Source: a virus
Direction: 5' to 3' (one strand)
Length of the DNA: 64,000 nt
IMG/VR virus record: IMGVR_UViG_3300031964_000019
Coordinates: 3,140-67,139 of that record
The notes below the pieces were generated by a model. It had not been told where the DNA came from and searched no databases. It saw only the letters and a program-made list of their open reading frames with translations. The translations under genes were made by a program, and so were the position numbers. Of this stretch, positions 19,435-29,764 are shown one piece after another (position 1 is the stretch's first letter; each line of letters begins with the position of its first letter).

Positions 19435-20393
19435 ATTACTACCCGCGGTACATGGGTGACTATCAGTCCGACACGATGCACCTCTCGATGACCGAGGACG
19501 GCGCCTACACCCGGCTCCTGGATCATTACTACGGCAAGGGCAAGCCGCTTCCGGGTGATCTCAAGCAGCTGTGCCGCATCGCCCGCGCGTTAGACAAGAT
19601 TGAGCAGGACGCGGTTGCGGCCGTGGCCGATGAGTTCTTCCCGGTCGGTCCGGACGGACTACGCCACAACGCTAGAGCTGATACTGAGATCGCGAAATGG
19701 CAGGTCATGGCCGAGCGTAATCGTGAAGTCGGCAAGACCGGCGGGAGGCCTAAGAAGAAACCCGCAGATAACCCAAGTGGTTCTCCAGAAGAAACCCAGG
19801 TGGTTTCCGCAGTAAACCCAACTGGAAACCCTGACGGTAACCACGATGGTTCCAAAAAGGCCCATTCTGGAAACCCAGATGTAACCCAAGTGGGTACCCA
19901 GACCATAACCCACAAGAAACCCTCTCCAACTCCAACTCCAACTCCAACTCTAGATCCATCCCCAGACGAGCATTCAGAGCGCGCGAAAGAGGTGGCGCTG
20001 GAGCCTCAAAGGGTAAGGGAAGGGAAAGATTTACAGGCGGATCCGGCAGAGGGGGGCATCGCTCGGATCCGAGCGGCCTATCCCCAGAGAGCCGGTCGGA
20101 CCGACTGGGACCGTGCCGAGCATTTCTGCCACGTCCTCATCGAGCGCCACAGCCAGACGTGGGACGGCTTGGAGGAGGCGGTCAAGCGCTACGCGGCCTT
20201 CAGCGAGGCGACCGGCGCCACCCGGACGCAGCACGTGATGATGCCGGGGAACTTCTTCGGTGCTCCCGACAAGCCGTGGTCTCAGCCCTGGGGGCTGCCT
20301 GACCCTCAATCGGGCAAAGCCGCCGCCCCCGTGCTCACCTGGCGCCCCGACCCCGCCGACGACGTGGAGGAACCCAGCCGTGCAATCCGCTGA
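19431..20393 (+). CDS. Replication initiator, DUF1376/YdaU family
   Basis: MNYYPRYMGDYQSDTMHLS..EDGAYTRLLDHYY; low-complexity middle region. Confidence 0.85.
   Translation: MNYYPRYMGDYQSDTMHLSMTEDGAYTRLLDHYYGKGKPLPGDLKQLCRIARALDKIEQDAVAAVADEFFPVGPDGLRHNARADTEIAKWQVMAERNREVGKTGGRPKKKPADNPSGSPEETQVVSAVNPTGNPDGNHDGSKKAHSGNPDVTQVGTQTITHKKPSPTPTPTPTLDPSPDEHSERAKEVALEPQRVREGKDLQADPAEGGIARIRAAYPQRAGRTDWDRAEHFCHVLIERHSQTWDGLEEAVKRYAAFSEATGATRTQHVMMPGNFFGAPDKPWSQPWGLPDPQSGKAAAPVLTWRPDPADDVEEPSRAIR
19757..19950. repeat. Putative replication origin inside the initiator gene
   Basis: About ten A/TAACCC(A)-type hexamers in an A-rich stretch, then (TCCAAC)x4. Confidence 0.55.
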
Positions 20394-20826
20394 CTTCCCC
20401 GAATTCAAAACGACGCTCCAACGGCTGAAAAAGCAATGGCCGAAGAAGGAACTCGACGACGAGATCGTGCAGTTGTACTGGCGTGCGCTGCGGGACCAAC
20501 CGCTCGCCATCTTCCGCAAGTTCGTGGAGCGCCACGAGAAGCACGGCCGCACTTACCCGCAGCCGTCCGACCTGCGACCGAAGGAGGACAAACTCCCGAG
20601 CGTCAGTGGCACCGGCGACAGCGCGTTTGACGAGGGCGTTGCCCGCTCCGTCCGCAACCTCGAGGAGCTCCGCAAGCGCGATCCCGAGGCGTGGAGGGTT
20701 GAGGTGGCCATTCGCCGGATGAGCCGCATTCTCGCCACTGAATCGCCGGGGTCGAGTATGTACGAGGCCGCCTCGAACGAGCTGCGCGTCTTGGGGGCCG
20801 ATAACGGCCGGTGGGTGGTGGGATGA
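20380..20826 (+). CDS. Putative helicase loader/replisome organiser
   Basis: Follows the initiator; YWRALRD...H...RTYPQPSDLR resembles phage loader-type proteins. Confidence 0.5.
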   Translation: MQSADFPEFKTTLQRLKKQWPKKELDDEIVQLYWRALRDQPLAIFRKFVERHEKHGRTYPQPSDLRPKEDKLPSVSGTGDSAFDEGVARSVRNLEELRKRDPEAWRVEVAIRRMSRILATESPGSSMYEAASNELRVLGADNGRWVVG

Positions 20827-21095
20827 CCCAACAGTCCGCCGAGGAATGGCTGAAGGATCGCCTGCAGGCCCATGGGATCGACATCTACGCGAGCGGGGAC
20901 CAGTTCGCGTCGTTCCGCGAAAGACTTGCGCACGCTGTCGCGATGAACCGCTACGGATCGGTGATTGCCGGCCGTCACAACGGCAAGCCTGAAACTTACG
21001 AACAATTCGTGGAGCGCGCGCTGGGAATCAAACTCAAGGATGTTCCACGTGGAGCATCCGCCTCACAGACGAAACAATCTAACATGGGAGCCTGA
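20823..21095 (+). CDS. Hypothetical protein
   Basis: Coupled ORF (ATGA overlap). Confidence 0.55.
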   Translation: MTQQSAEEWLKDRLQAHGIDIYASGDQFASFRERLAHAVAMNRYGSVIAGRHNGKPETYEQFVERALGIKLKDVPRGASASQTKQSNMGA

Positions 21096-21096
21096 C

Positions 21097-21660
21097 ATGA
21101 AAATCTACTCCAAGGCCAGTTCCGACGTCCTGATCCACATCGAGAACATGCAGTCGGAGCACCATCCGGATCTGGACGCGGTGACGGTCGACGCGCTGTT
21201 CGCCTTCGACGAAGAGCACTCAGGCCCAGTCCTGAAGCACCAGGGGTATGGCGCCGCGGCTGTCGTGCGCATCACACCTCTTCGTGACCGAGCACTCGGC
21301 ACGGCCGATGCCGTGATTACCATCGACCGTTCGACATGGATCGATCTGACGGCACCGCAGCGCGATGCGCTCGTCGACCACGAGCTCCAACACCTGGTTT
21401 GGGTTGTAGACGACGAGGGCAAGCCGAAGTCCGACGGATTAGGTCGGCCCAAGCTCGCGACGCGACGCCACGACCATCAGCTCGGATGGTTCGATGAGAT
21501 CGCGCAGCGTCACGGGGAGGCCTCGTTCGAAGTGCGCCAGGCCCGTGTGCTGCTCGAGACTGGTCGGCAGCTGTACTTCGCCTTCGGACCGATCCGGGCT
21601 CCGGGGATAGAGCCAGGCGTTAGGACGCAAGACTCCGAGTCACAGCAGGCAACGATGTGA
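21097..21660 (+). CDS. Putative phage metallopeptidase-like protein
   Basis: LVDHELQH (HExxH), followed by RRHDHQLGWFDEIAQRHG. Confidence 0.7.
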   Translation: MKIYSKASSDVLIHIENMQSEHHPDLDAVTVDALFAFDEEHSGPVLKHQGYGAAAVVRITPLRDRALGTADAVITIDRSTWIDLTAPQRDALVDHELQHLVWVVDDEGKPKSDGLGRPKLATRRHDHQLGWFDEIAQRHGEASFEVRQARVLLETGRQLYFAFGPIRAPGIEPGVRTQDSESQQATM

Positions 21661-22064
21661 TCCGAGGCCTCCCCAAAGGCGCCCGCGTCGTCGGCCGCAT
21701 GGCTCGCGTGAAACACAACACGCGCTTCGAGGAACTGCTGGCGTTCCAGATCAAGTCGCTGGGACTGCCCACGCCCGAGCGCCAATACCGCTTCGCCAAG
21801 GGCATGAAGCGGCAGTTCGAATCCGACTTCGCGTGGCCCGAGCTCAAACTGCTGGTTGAAGTCGAGGGTGGAATCTGGAAGCGAGGTGGCGGAGCACATT
21901 CGCATCCGTTGGACGTCGAGCGAGATATCGAGCGCCGACAATACGCCGTGCTGCTGGGATTCTTCGTGCTGCCCGTCATCACCGATGAGGTGACGAGCGG
22001 CAAAGCAATTGCCGTGATTCAACGAGCGCTGGCCGTGCGCGGCTGGCAGCGAGGTTTATCATGA
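21657..22064 (+). CDS. PD-(D/E)XK endonuclease (DUF559/Vsr-like, possible resolvase)
   Basis: PERQYRFA...FESDFAWPELKLLVEVEGG...H. Confidence 0.75.
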   Translation: MIRGLPKGARVVGRMARVKHNTRFEELLAFQIKSLGLPTPERQYRFAKGMKRQFESDFAWPELKLLVEVEGGIWKRGGGAHSHPLDVERDIERRQYAVLLGFFVLPVITDEVTSGKAIAVIQRALAVRGWQRGLS

Positions 22065-22716
22065 CCACGTTAGAGCCATTGACCGAAGCAGAACTGAACC
22101 AACTGCAAGCTAACTGGATGGCTGGGAACCGAAGGGAGCAATGCGACCCGCATGAGCCGTGCCCTCGGCAGCCCGAATGCGACAGCGACAAAGTCTGCAT
22201 TTACCGGTGCCAGTTTTTCCCGCTTGGCGCAAGAGGCATTGGTACTCCATCTTGGTTTGTTCGCGAGAGTGCTCGAATACCCGACTTCGACCATATCGGA
22301 CCAAGTCCGCTGGGTTCCGACCCACTCGCCGAAGACTGGACGCGCCACACCGTTGACATCACTCGCCAACCGGTGTCGGTGGAGGATGAGCCGATCGCAT
22401 ACGTCAGGCCGTGGAAGTGGCTCGCGGCGCTGGCGGTCGTGGGACTGTTCTACGCGGCATGTTGGTTCTTCATAAAGTGGGTGGCGCACCGATGACAATG
22501 AAACCCTGTACGATTGTCGTCACCAACAAGGGCCGCAAGCGCATCACAACGAAGTTCCGGGGACGACATACTGTCACAATGCTAGAAACTGTTATTACCG
22601 ACGGCCAAACGGGTAGAGTTTTAAACGGCAGCGTGACGCACAGTGCTGAGCGAGACACACTGACGTTCAAGGCGTTCTACCTTCATGACCGAAAGGCGAC
22701 TGGAAAAAATCGATGA
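22061..22716 (+). other. Two hypothetical nin-region genes (22061-22495, 22492-22716)
   Basis: Coupled ORFs; the first is Cys-rich with a C-terminal TM segment. Confidence 0.55.
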
Positions 22717-23381
22717 ACGCTGCAGAACTCGTAGCCCTCTGTGACGCCCACGGAATAGATTTCGTCCATGTTGCCGGGAGCAGTAGCAACACCAAAGGCG
22801 TCGCCCGCAAGCGTGTGCGCACCGAGGTGGAGATCGAAGCCGGCATCGGTGAAGTCGTCGAAACCTCACGCGGCAAGGAGTCGCGCACCTCAAAGCCAAA
22901 AGCCTGGAGCAGCGCCGAACTGGCCATCGCAGCCGTCGGGGTCACAGCACTCCACTGGGCCGCCGCCCAACACACCATCGCGAATGACCGCCGTCCCGAC
23001 ACCCTGCGCATCCTGATGTGTGGCCTGCGTTACTACGCCAACAAGCTCGCGACCCAAAGCAACTGGGAGACGGTGCTGCCGAAGCGCGTCGAGCGTGACG
23101 TGAAGGGTCGCCGCATCCCCGGACAGCGCCGCCAGTCAGCGTTCTACGTGGACCCGCTGTGCATGCTCGTGTTGGATGAGATCTCGTTCAAGCCGGCGTT
23201 TCTGGCGGCCCCGCACCTGCCGGCGATCTACATGGGGGTCGAGCCGCAGACCTGGGAGGACATCCTGGCGCCGCGGTTCGTGATGCTGCAGCAACGGTAC
23301 GCGAGCTGGTATGGGACGGGGTTGCGGACCATTCAGCGGCGCATCAATGGGGAGGAGGAGCGGGAGGAGGTGGCGGCGTGA
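22713..23381 (+). CDS. Hypothetical protein at the late-antiterminator (Q) position
   Basis: Position only; no Q motif confirmed. Confidence 0.4.
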   Translation: MNAAELVALCDAHGIDFVHVAGSSSNTKGVARKRVRTEVEIEAGIGEVVETSRGKESRTSKPKAWSSAELAIAAVGVTALHWAAAQHTIANDRRPDTLRILMCGLRYYANKLATQSNWETVLPKRVERDVKGRRIPGQRRQSAFYVDPLCMLVLDEISFKPAFLAAPHLPAIYMGVEPQTWEDILAPRFVMLQQRYASWYGTGLRTIQRRINGEEEREEVAA

Positions 23382-23960
23382 AACACATCGAGACGGTTGC
23401 AGTACCAGCAACGACCCGCGAGAAGGTGGGTCGCGTTACGTGTGACATTTGCGGAGTAGAGATCAAGCGCAAGGATGCATTCGATGGCAACCGGGTAGAG
23501 ATGCGGTGCGAGAAGGTAACCAACTATCCCGAAGGCGCGTTTGGCACCGTATATGACTACGACGTTTGTGTTCCATGCTTCGAGTCGAAGGTGATGTCGT
23601 TCATGGAATCACTATCGGCTATGCCGCGCGAGACGGAGTTATGAACATCACCCAACCCACCACCGACCAGATCGCCGTGTTGACCCGCATGGCCGCCGAC
23701 CTGCCACCGGATGATATCGCGCGGCAGTTGTTTGTCATTCAGGACCAGGGGCCGACCACGGCAGGCGCGGCTGTCCTGAGACGTGCGATTGCGGAGATAC
23801 TGGGGCTGCGGATGTTGGCGCGGAAGATGCAGAAGGGGGAGACGGTATGAATTGCGCACCGAGTTACGTGCTCCATGCCGTCGCAGCCCTTGAGTTGGTT
23901 GCATGCCTCGTCGCTTACTGGCTCGGACGGAAGCATGGATGCGAGGATGCCGAGAAATGA
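23378..23960 (+). other. Small hypothetical genes (23378-23644, 23641-23850, 23847-23960)
   Basis: Coupled by GTGA/ATGA overlaps. Confidence 0.55.
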
Positions 23961-24134
23961 CCTGCGAGATACTTCGGACGCGGATGACTTGCAAAGCTGA
24001 TCGGCTCCGCTGTAGTCTCTGAGAACAATCTGACGCCGGTTCTCAAAAAGGCCCGCTGAGACTCTAACGTTCTCAGCGCTCGCCCCCACTCCGCAAAATG
24101 CTTCTAACCCTTTGATTCCAAAGGACGATTTCCC

Positions 24135-24539
24135 ATGCCCGTTGAACTGATGCCTTGGATTTCCTTGAGGTGCACCGAGGCACTTTTCTATCAACTTCAG
24201 GTGATCGACCGGAATGGCAGAAACCCTATCCGGGCATACCTGGGACATAAGAGCAACGCTAAACATCGCGGCATCGCCTTCGATCTGACGCTGGCCGAGT
24301 GGTGGAATATCTGGAAAACCTCCGGCCATTATCACGAGCGCGGTCGCGGTGCCCGCCGATACGTCATGGCACGAAAAAATGACCTTGGCCCCTATGCCGT
24401 CGGCAACGTTTCGATTCAAACCGGTGCGGAAAATCAGCGGACCAAAGTCCGGATGCACCGAGAGAACGAGTTATTGCGAGGCTGGGTACGCCAGCACCCT
24501 CAGCATCACTCCCGAAGTCGGATCGCTGAAGCGATCTGA
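24135..24539 (+). CDS. HNH-like (His-Me finger) endonuclease; start may be GTG 24201
   Basis: RGIAFDLTLAEWWNIW...RG...YVMARKNDLGPYAVGNVSIQT..EN. Confidence 0.7.
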   Translation: MPVELMPWISLRCTEALFYQLQVIDRNGRNPIRAYLGHKSNAKHRGIAFDLTLAEWWNIWKTSGHYHERGRGARRYVMARKNDLGPYAVGNVSIQTGAENQRTKVRMHRENELLRGWVRQHPQHHSRSRIAEAI

Positions 24540-24559
24540 ACTTCAGCTAATTCCCTCAC

Positions 24560-25123
24560 TTGACGAATCCCATGCCTTCCGAGCAGCCCGCTCAGGAAAC
24601 CCTGGCCACATTGCAAGCCGAGCGCCGCCGCGAGCGTGCGCTAGCCCTGCGTGCCTGTCGCCCCCACGAGCGTGCCTTTCTGCGCCAGCTGCCGAAGTCG
24701 CGGTATTCCCCCTACACCGCCGGCGAAACGTTAGGCATCTCCAGCCGCACGGTCTGGAACATGGTCAATCGGCCGCGCGTGAAGCGGGCGATGGAGGTGT
24801 TTCTGCAGGCGGCACTCGACGATATCGGTGTGAGTCACACGTCGCTGGTGGCTGACCTGGTCGAGATCAAGAATCGCTGCATGCAAGTCGCCGCGGTGCT
24901 CGACAAGGAGGGCAAGCCGACGGGCGAGTTTCAGTTTGATTCCCGCGGCGGGATCGCGGCGATCAAGGAGCTCGCCGAGCTGCTGAAGATTGCGCCGGCG
25001 AAGCGGGTGGAGTTCACGGGCGCCAACGGCGGACCCATCGAGACCCTGCATACGCACATCACAGATGACATGGACGCCGAGGAAGCCGCGCGGGTGTATC
25101 AAGAAATAATGCGCACGCACTGA
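24560..25123 (+). CDS. terS: Terminase small subunit
   Basis: N-terminal HTH, helical oligomerisation core, C-terminal VEFTGANGGPIET; upstream of terL. Confidence 0.8.
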   Translation: MTNPMPSEQPAQETLATLQAERRRERALALRACRPHERAFLRQLPKSRYSPYTAGETLGISSRTVWNMVNRPRVKRAMEVFLQAALDDIGVSHTSLVADLVEIKNRCMQVAAVLDKEGKPTGEFQFDSRGGIAAIKELAELLKIAPAKRVEFTGANGGPIETLHTHITDDMDAEEAARVYQEIMRTH

Positions 25124-25129
25124 TACTCC

Positions 25130-25612
25130 ATGAAACCCGATATCGCATATCTCAAAACACAGGTTTCTTACGACCCACTGACAGGAGTATTCACGTGGGT
25201 CGTCAGTAAGCGCGGACATCGACGAGCCGGCGATATCGCGGGATCGATCTGGAAATCTCGCCGCGGAGGTCCATATTGGCGAGTCAAGATTGATCAACGC
25301 GCTCATCGCGCCGGAATTTTGGCGTGGGTACTGCACTACGGGACTTGGCCCGTCGGTGAAATAGACCACCGCGATGGTAACGGACTGAACAATCGCATCG
25401 CGAACCTGCGCGACGCAACCCATCCGCAAAACTGTCAGAACGTTCCAGGCGCTGGTATACGCTACGAACAGGACCGAAATCGATGGTTGGCGAGAATTCG
25501 CGTTAATGGTCACGAGATGAATCTGGGCCGGTATGTCAACAGAGATGATGCAGCCGCAGCTTACAAACAAGCCTGCGTCACATATCGGGGAGAATTCGCG
25601 CGCGGGATCTGA
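25130..25612 (+). CDS. HNH-AP2 homing endonuclease
   Basis: YDPLTGVFTW...AHR..W...EIDHRDGNGLNNRIANLR; AP2-like WLARIRVNG..NLGRY...AAAAY. Confidence 0.9.
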   Translation: MKPDIAYLKTQVSYDPLTGVFTWVVSKRGHRRAGDIAGSIWKSRRGGPYWRVKIDQRAHRAGILAWVLHYGTWPVGEIDHRDGNGLNNRIANLRDATHPQNCQNVPGAGIRYEQDRNRWLARIRVNGHEMNLGRYVNRDDAAAAYKQACVTYRGEFARGI

Positions 25613-27197
25613 CTTTGATTTCAAGAATCCCCCCTATTCATTAATTTTTGGCGAGCGGCTAGAGCGACTTCAGAGAATAAATTCTCTTCAACCACCGAAG
25701 CTGCGCTCGCTTAGAGCCTATTACCGCGCGAACCCCGCTGACTTCATCAGCGATTACGGGCTGACGTTCGACCCGCGCAATGTTTCGAGCGGATTGCCTT
25801 CAGCCGTTCCTTTCGTCCTCTGGCCGAAGCAGCGCGAGGCGATCCAATGGACACTCGATCGCTGGCGCAATAACGAGCCCGGGATCTGGGAGAAAAGCCG
25901 CGAAACCGGCGCGACCTGGCTGGCTGTTGCCCTGAGCTGCACGTTGTGCCTGTTCAATCAACAGTTGGTCGTGGGCTTCGGTTCCCGCAAAGAGGTCTAC
26001 GTCGACAACGGCGGGGACCCGAAATCGATTTTCTTCAAGGCGCGATTCTTCATCGAGAATCTGCCGCCGATTTTCCGCGGTGGCTGGAACCGGCAGAAGC
26101 ACAGCGCGCACATGCGCATCTCGTTTCCGGAGACGGGCTCGTACCTGAGCGGCGAGTCAGGCGACGGTATTGGCCGCGGCGACCGCACGGCGATCTACTT
26201 CGTGGACGAGGCCGCGTTCCTTGAGCGCCCGCTGTTGACCGACGCGTCGTTGTCACAGACCACGCGCTGCCGTATCGATATATCCACGCCCAACGGCATG
26301 GCCAACTCGTTCGCGCAGAAACGCCACTCGGGCAAGATCAAGATATTCACGTTCCACTGGCTGTTCGACCCGCGCAAGGATCAGGCGTGGTACGACAAGC
26401 AGGTCCGCGACATCGCGAACGATGTGATCGTCAACCAGGAGTTGAATATCAACTATCTGGCGTCCACGGAAGGACAGGTCATTCCCGCCGAGTGGGCGCA
26501 AGCCGCCGTGGGGGCTGCTGAGAAGCTCGGTATCGTTCCGTCCGGTCAGAGGTTAGGCGGCCTCGACGTTGCCGATGAAGGCAGCGCTATGAATGCGTTT
26601 GCCGGTCGTCAGGGGATCGAGCTCGACTACCTCAAACAGTGGTCTGGCAAAGGCTCCGACATTTACCACACTGTCGAAAAGGCCTTCGCAATCTGCGACG
26701 AGCGCGAATACGATGGATTCGAGTACGACGCCGACGGCATTGGCGCGGGCGTGCGCGGCGATGCGATGGTCATCAACACGGCACGACGGGATGCCGGAGC
26801 ACGTTGGATTAATGACGCGCCCTTTCGCGGGTCGAGCGCCCCGCACGATCCCGAGGGCGAGATGGTGCCTGAGCGCAAGAACAAAGATTTCTTCGCCAAC
26901 CTCAAGGCTGCGTCATGGTGGAGTTTGCGACAGCGTTTCCAGAACACGCATCGCGCAATCTCCGAAGGGATGGAAGTCGATCCAGACAGCATCATTTCGA
27001 TCAATCCAAACATAGAAGACCTGGCCGCGCTGCTGATGGAGTTGGCGCAGCCGGTCTACACGATCAACACCGTCGGCAAGGTGATTATCGAGAAGACGCC
27101 CAGCGGGGCGAAGTCGCCGAACCTCGCCGACGCGGTCATGATCGCATTTAACCCCACAGCCGGCGCCATGGATATCTGGCGCAAGCTGGCTGAGTAA
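25533..27197 (+). CDS. terL: Terminase large subunit
   Basis: Walker A EKSRETGATW, Walker B YFVDEAA, nuclease GLDVADEG and SPNLADA. Exact start uncertain. Confidence 0.95.
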   Translation: MSTEMMQPQLTNKPASHIGENSRAGSDFDFKNPPYSLIFGERLERLQRINSLQPPKLRSLRAYYRANPADFISDYGLTFDPRNVSSGLPSAVPFVLWPKQREAIQWTLDRWRNNEPGIWEKSRETGATWLAVALSCTLCLFNQQLVVGFGSRKEVYVDNGGDPKSIFFKARFFIENLPPIFRGGWNRQKHSAHMRISFPETGSYLSGESGDGIGRGDRTAIYFVDEAAFLERPLLTDASLSQTTRCRIDISTPNGMANSFAQKRHSGKIKIFTFHWLFDPRKDQAWYDKQVRDIANDVIVNQELNINYLASTEGQVIPAEWAQAAVGAAEKLGIVPSGQRLGGLDVADEGSAMNAFAGRQGIELDYLKQWSGKGSDIYHTVEKAFAICDEREYDGFEYDADGIGAGVRGDAMVINTARRDAGARWINDAPFRGSSAPHDPEGEMVPERKNKDFFANLKAASWWSLRQRFQNTHRAISEGMEVDPDSIISINPNIEDLAALLMELAQPVYTINTVGKVIIEKTPSGAKSPNLADAVMIAFNPTAGAMDIWRKLAE

Positions 27198-27216
27198 ACC
27201 CTACAGGAAAACGTCA

Positions 27217-27516
27217 ATGGCCATTGAGATCGCACGCGGTCCGCTGCCCGCAACGCTCGATGGCGAGGGCCTGGATCATAACTGCTTGCACTGCCAGTTG
27301 AGTCTGCCGGTGCAGCACTTTATCGAACGCCATCCCGACAAGCCCCGCGAGGACCTGATTCGCGAGGCGTGTGAGCTCGTGGCTGAGCTCGTGGCCTCCT
27401 GCGGACACAACTGGAGTGGAGTCCGCCCCTACGCGCAGTTAGCCAAGGACGTCCTGCAGGGGGAGATCAAGAGCAAGTTCGATGCCCACGAGCGCGCACG
27501 GCGCGAGCGCCACTAG
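27217..27516 (+). CDS. Hypothetical protein
   Basis: ORF filling the terL-portal gap. Confidence 0.55.
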   Translation: MAIEIARGPLPATLDGEGLDHNCLHCQLSLPVQHFIERHPDKPREDLIREACELVAELVASCGHNWSGVRPYAQLAKDVLQGEIKSKFDAHERARRERH

Positions 27517-27522
27517 CGCGCC

Positions 27523-29049
27523 ATGGCCGCGAGCCCTGCCGCACCCCTGACGCGTCCCGGCCGCGCGGGGCCGAAGCCTCGCGTGCGCGAGAAAGACGGG
27601 AAGTTCTACACTGTCGATTCTTTCGAGAACTTCCTAACTAGGACAGGCGTCAATGCTGGCAACCTGTCAAGCGGCGGTACGTACGGATTCAATCCGGTAA
27701 GCCGCTTACGTTTGAAGATGGAGTGGGCGTATCGTGGGTCGTGGGTTGTCGGCACGATTGTTGATTGTGTAGCCGAGGACGCCACGCGCGAAGGCGTCCA
27801 ACTCATCTGCGATGCGTCGCCGGACGAGATCGCCAAGGTCGAGAATCACGCCGACGAGTTGCAGGTGTGGCCAGAGTTGTGCGACACCGAGAAGTGGAGT
27901 CGACTCTACGGCGGCTCGGTTGGCCTGATCATGATCGACGGCCAGGATGTCGCGACGCCGTTTGACGTGACCACCGTCTCAAGAGACCAGTTCCGCGGTG
28001 TACTTCCGCTCGACCGCTGGGCGTTGTTCCCGTCGATGAACGACCTGATCAGCGAGCAGGGTCCGGACATCGGCAACCCACGCTACTACGAAGTGCGGCC
28101 CGACACCGGCACCGGGCTGCCGTATATGAAGCTGCATTACAGCCGGGTCATTCGGTTAGACGGTGTGCGGCTTCCCTATTGGCAGAAGATCACGGAAAAC
28201 TACTGGGGGCAGTCGGTCGTCGAGCGCCTGTGGGATCGACTGATAGCTTTCGATTCGGCCACGCAAGGCACGGCGCAGTTGGTTTACAAGGCCCACCTGC
28301 GCAACTACAAGGTCAAGGATCTGCGCAAGATCATCGGGCAGGGCGGTAAAGCCTTGGATGGGCTTTTGGCGCAGATGAATATGATCCGCCAATTCCAGTC
28401 CAGCGAGGGCATGACCCTCATGGATACGGAAGACGAGTTTGAGGTCCATCCCTACAGCTTCACGGGATTAGACGAGGTGCTTCTCCAATTCGGGCAGCAA
28501 CTCTCTGGCGCCTCACAGATTCCGCTCGTGCGCCTGTTTGGTCAGTCACCGGCCGGACTGAACTCGACGGGCGAGTCTGACCTGCGAATGTATTACGACG
28601 GTATCAAGCGCCAGCAGACGGCGCGCCTAGGTCGGGGCGTCCGCAAAATCTACGAGGCTGCCTGGAGAAGCAAACACGGCGCCGATCCGCCGGAAGGGTG
28701 GTCGACTCAGTTCAAGCCGCTGTGGCAAATGGACGATGAGCAGCGAGCTACCGTTGCTGAGACGCTCACGCGTGCCGTGTTGGAACCGTACGAGAAAGGC
28801 GTCACCGCACGCTCGACGACACTGAAGGAGCTCCGCCAGGTCTCCAAGGTCACGGGAATTTGGACCAACATAAGCGACGAGATCATTCAAGAAGCCGTCG
28901 CGGAAGACAACGAGCAGCCCCCCACCCCCGAGGAACTCGCCATTGCAAACGGCAAAGTGGGACCGGACGGCAAGCCGCTCGGCGCAAATGGCGCGACAGA
29001 CCCAGGACGACCGTCCAAAGAATCCGGTTCGGGGAGCCAGCCGAACTAG
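27523..29049 (+). CDS. Portal protein (DUF1073 family)
   Basis: YRGSW...VAEDATREG, RLYGG, SGASQIPLVRLFGQSPAGLNSTGESDLRMYYD. Confidence 0.93.
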   Translation: MAASPAAPLTRPGRAGPKPRVREKDGKFYTVDSFENFLTRTGVNAGNLSSGGTYGFNPVSRLRLKMEWAYRGSWVVGTIVDCVAEDATREGVQLICDASPDEIAKVENHADELQVWPELCDTEKWSRLYGGSVGLIMIDGQDVATPFDVTTVSRDQFRGVLPLDRWALFPSMNDLISEQGPDIGNPRYYEVRPDTGTGLPYMKLHYSRVIRLDGVRLPYWQKITENYWGQSVVERLWDRLIAFDSATQGTAQLVYKAHLRNYKVKDLRKIIGQGGKALDGLLAQMNMIRQFQSSEGMTLMDTEDEFEVHPYSFTGLDEVLLQFGQQLSGASQIPLVRLFGQSPAGLNSTGESDLRMYYDGIKRQQTARLGRGVRKIYEAAWRSKHGADPPEGWSTQFKPLWQMDDEQRATVAETLTRAVLEPYEKGVTARSTTLKELRQVSKVTGIWTNISDEIIQEAVAEDNEQPPTPEELAIANGKVGPDGKPLGANGATDPGRPSKESGSGSQPN

Positions 29050-29764
29050 CCGGGCCGAGCGCGACTACGCGAAGCAACTTAAGCTTCTGTCGCGCCAAGT
29101 CGGCGGACTGATCGAATCGTATGCGTCTGGTTTGCACGGACTGCCGACGTTGACGCAGTTGTTGACAGCCTACGCGGAAGGACTGGTCCCGTGGGCCAAG
29201 CGCGTCGCCAGTCGGATGCTGGGCGAGGTGGACTTACGCGACCGTGACGCCTGGCGCTCGCTCGGCAACGCCATCTCAGCCCAGTTGCACCAGGACATCC
29301 GCAACGCCCCGGTGGGCGTGCGCATGAGCGAATTGCTCGGCCTGCAGGTCACGCTCATCACCTCCATTCCGCTCGAGGCGGCGCAGCGCGTACAGGAGCT
29401 CGCCGTCAAGGCGCGCATCGAGGGCGGTCGGGCGCGAGAGATTGCGCAGGAGATTGCGCGGTCGGGTGAGGTCGCGGAGTCGCGGGCGGTGCTCATTGCA
29501 CGCACCGAAACCTCGCGGGCCGCCAGTGTATTGCTTCAGGCACGGGCCGAGTCCATCGGCAGCGTGGCCTACCTATGGCGAACTTCCATGGACGGCTCGG
29601 TCCGTGACTCGCACCGAAAGATGGAAGGCAAGCTGGTTCATTGGGACGCGCCGCCCACGCTCGATAATCTGACGGGTCACGCGGGCGCATTGCCTAACTG
29701 CAGATGTTGGCCCGAGCCCGTCATCTCCGACCCCTACAAACCAGAAAGGCGCAGCCGCTCATGA
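28988..29764 (+). CDS. Head morphogenesis protein (SPP1 gp7/Mu F-like)
   Basis: IARTETSRA...YLWRTSMDGSVRDSH...GALPNCRC. Confidence 0.9.
   Translation: MARQTQDDRPKNPVRGASRTSRAERDYAKQLKLLSRQVGGLIESYASGLHGLPTLTQLLTAYAEGLVPWAKRVASRMLGEVDLRDRDAWRSLGNAISAQLHQDIRNAPVGVRMSELLGLQVTLITSIPLEAAQRVQELAVKARIEGGRAREIAQEIARSGEVAESRAVLIARTETSRAASVLLQARAESIGSVAYLWRTSMDGSVRDSHRKMEGKLVHWDAPPTLDNLTGHAGALPNCRCWPEPVISDPYKPERRSRS

Noticed and set aside
19925-19950. (TCCAAC)x4 as a phase-variable repeat
   Set aside because: The 6-nt unit preserves frame and encodes a PTPT linker within the origin region.
24021-24078. Two hairpins (GAGAAC/GTTCTC; CGCTGAGA/TCTCAGCG) before the HNH-like gene and terS as a pac or late-promoter element
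   Set aside because: The pairing is real, but there is no second copy or other evidence of function, and it does not match the nuclease-associated hairpin motif.
25123-25620. Group I intron in the terminase region
   Set aside because: The HNH ORF fills the whole interval, leaving no room for a ribozyme core.
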